In this document: piece by piece, positions 62,956-64,000 of the stretch
How the letters are laid out: the number at the start of each line of letters is the position of its first letter
Numbering within the stretch: the stretch's first letter is position 1
NCBI GenBank assembly: GCA_965219455.1
Contig: OZ244744.1
Location: 2,656,001-2,720,000, forward strand
Reading direction: 5' to 3'
Length of the DNA: 64,000 nucleotides
Source: Candidatus Latescibacterota bacterium
GTDB lineage: Bacteria > Latescibacterota > UBA2968 > GCA-2709665
Translations under genes and position numbers: made by a program
The notes under the pieces: generated by a model
Told to the model about the DNA's origin: nothing
Database searches by the model: none
The model's input: only the letters and a program-made list of their open reading frames with translations

Positions 62956-64000
62956 ATGGCAATTGACCAAAGAATGCTGGCCCAGAGGCTTAGGCGGGCC
63001 AGAGAAACCAGCAGCCTGACCCAGGACGACGTTGCGAGCCACCTCGGAGTTTCGCGCTCCACTGTGGCTCAGATCGAACTAAGTAACCGTTCGGTCACGG
63101 GTATCGAACTGTATCGCCTTGCCACCCTCTTCGGTATGGATCTGCAGAGCCTTTTGGCAGAGGAGGAACCGGAAAAGGAGAGCGCACTCGTCGCGTTGTA
63201 CCGAGTTCACCCGGACCTGTCGAGCACGGAGGATCTGGGAGAGCCACTCCGCCGGTGCCTGGCTCTGGGCCGGGAGATGACCAGACTTGAAGAACTGCTG
63301 GATATTGACCGCGACCTCGTTACTGTGGCTGCCTACCCACTTCCGCAACCACGCACCACATGGGAAGCTATACAGCAAGGTGAACGGGTCGCCTCGGAAG
63401 AACGCGGACGCCTAGGGCTCGGACTTAGGTCAATCTCCGACATCGCCCAGCTACTCGAATCACAGGATGTTCGTACTGCCTTGGTCACGTTGCCGGACGA
63501 CGTCTCAGGCTTTACCCTCATCAAGCAAGAGATCGGAGTACTAATCGTAGCAAATCGGGAGCACCATATCTTTCGCAGGCGATTCTCATACGCACACGAG
63601 TATTGTCACGTACTTATCGACCGTGTCGAAGGTGGTTTGGTAAGTCGAGCAGACGACCGTGATCAGTTACGTGAGGTCCGCGCTAATTCATTTGCCGCCA
63701 GCTTTCTAATGCCTGCCGAGGCGGTGCGCCAGTTTATCCACGCATCCGGAAAGGGGCGGCCCAGCCGCCTGGAAGCCGAAGTATTCGACGAGAGTACGCC
63801 AATTCGCGGGCGCGCTCGATCTACCGCAGGAAGCCAGAAAATACAGCTGTACGATGTAGTGCGGATGGCGTACCACTTCGGCGTCAGCCGAGTCGCCGCA
63901 TGCTATCGGCTGAGAAGCACTCGACTGCTTACAGCTACCGAGCTCGAGAGTTTGTTGGAACAAGAGAATATGGATAAGGGCCGTAAACTGGAGCGACTTA
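62956..64000 (+). CDS. XRE-HTH plus ImmA/IrrE (peptidase M78) protein, 3' truncated by the window
   Basis: Hand translation: MAIDQRMLAQRLRRARETSSLTQDDVASHLGVSRSTVAQIE...RRRFSYAHEYCH...EVRANSFAASFLMP. Alternative in-frame ATG at 62881. Confidence 0.9.
   Translation, partial: MAIDQRMLAQRLRRARETSSLTQDDVASHLGVSRSTVAQIELSNRSVTGIELYRLATLFGMDLQSLLAEEEPEKESALVALYRVHPDLSSTEDLGEPLRRCLALGREMTRLEELLDIDRDLVTVAAYPLPQPRTTWEAIQQGERVASEERGRLGLGLRSISDIAQLLESQDVRTALVTLPDDVSGFTLIKQEIGVLIVANREHHIFRRRFSYAHEYCHVLIDRVEGGLVSRADDRDQLREVRANSFAASFLMPAEAVRQFIHASGKGRPSRLEAEVFDESTPIRGRARSTAGSQKIQLYDVVRMAYHFGVSRVAACYRLRSTRLLTATELESLLEQENMDKGRKLERL

Overview
GC-rich bacterial chromosome segment containing the replication origin. 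Left arm (mostly minus strand): mfd (cut by the window edge), tRNA-Asp, hom (+), gyrA-gyrB-dciA-recF-dnaN-[oriC]-dnaA. Divergently: rpmH-rnpA-yidC-mnmE-[no mnmG; an ORF-less group II intron inside a dispersed repeat]-parS-rsmG. Then a methylmalonyl-CoA epimerase with an XRE-HTH/acyl-CoA mutase fusion, metabolic and envelope genes (FAH, CDP-alcohol phosphotransferase, HAD, Ntn-acylase, cupin, LLM oxidoreductase, alpha-2-macroglobulin/pbpC, GT2), serS, hemE-hemH-hemG/Y, clpP and sat. From about 49 kb the region is accessory: nested REP-like repeats, a low-GC HNH nuclease, decayed toxin-antitoxin loci, a peptidase-WD40-Omp85 protein, an MFS, an atypical 6TM ion channel, and a Fic + HsdR-AlbA_2(Schlafen-like) operon with no hsdM/hsdS in the window, opposite an XRE-ImmA/IrrE regulator. 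Best novelty candidates: (1) the XRE-mutase fusion with a candidate operator, (2) the Fic/HsdR-Schlafen module, (3) the repeat-targeting ORF-less intron, (4) the channel with a phage-like beta insert, in frame with an MFS lacking a canonical start. All family calls come from motifs recognised by eye; no searches were run.
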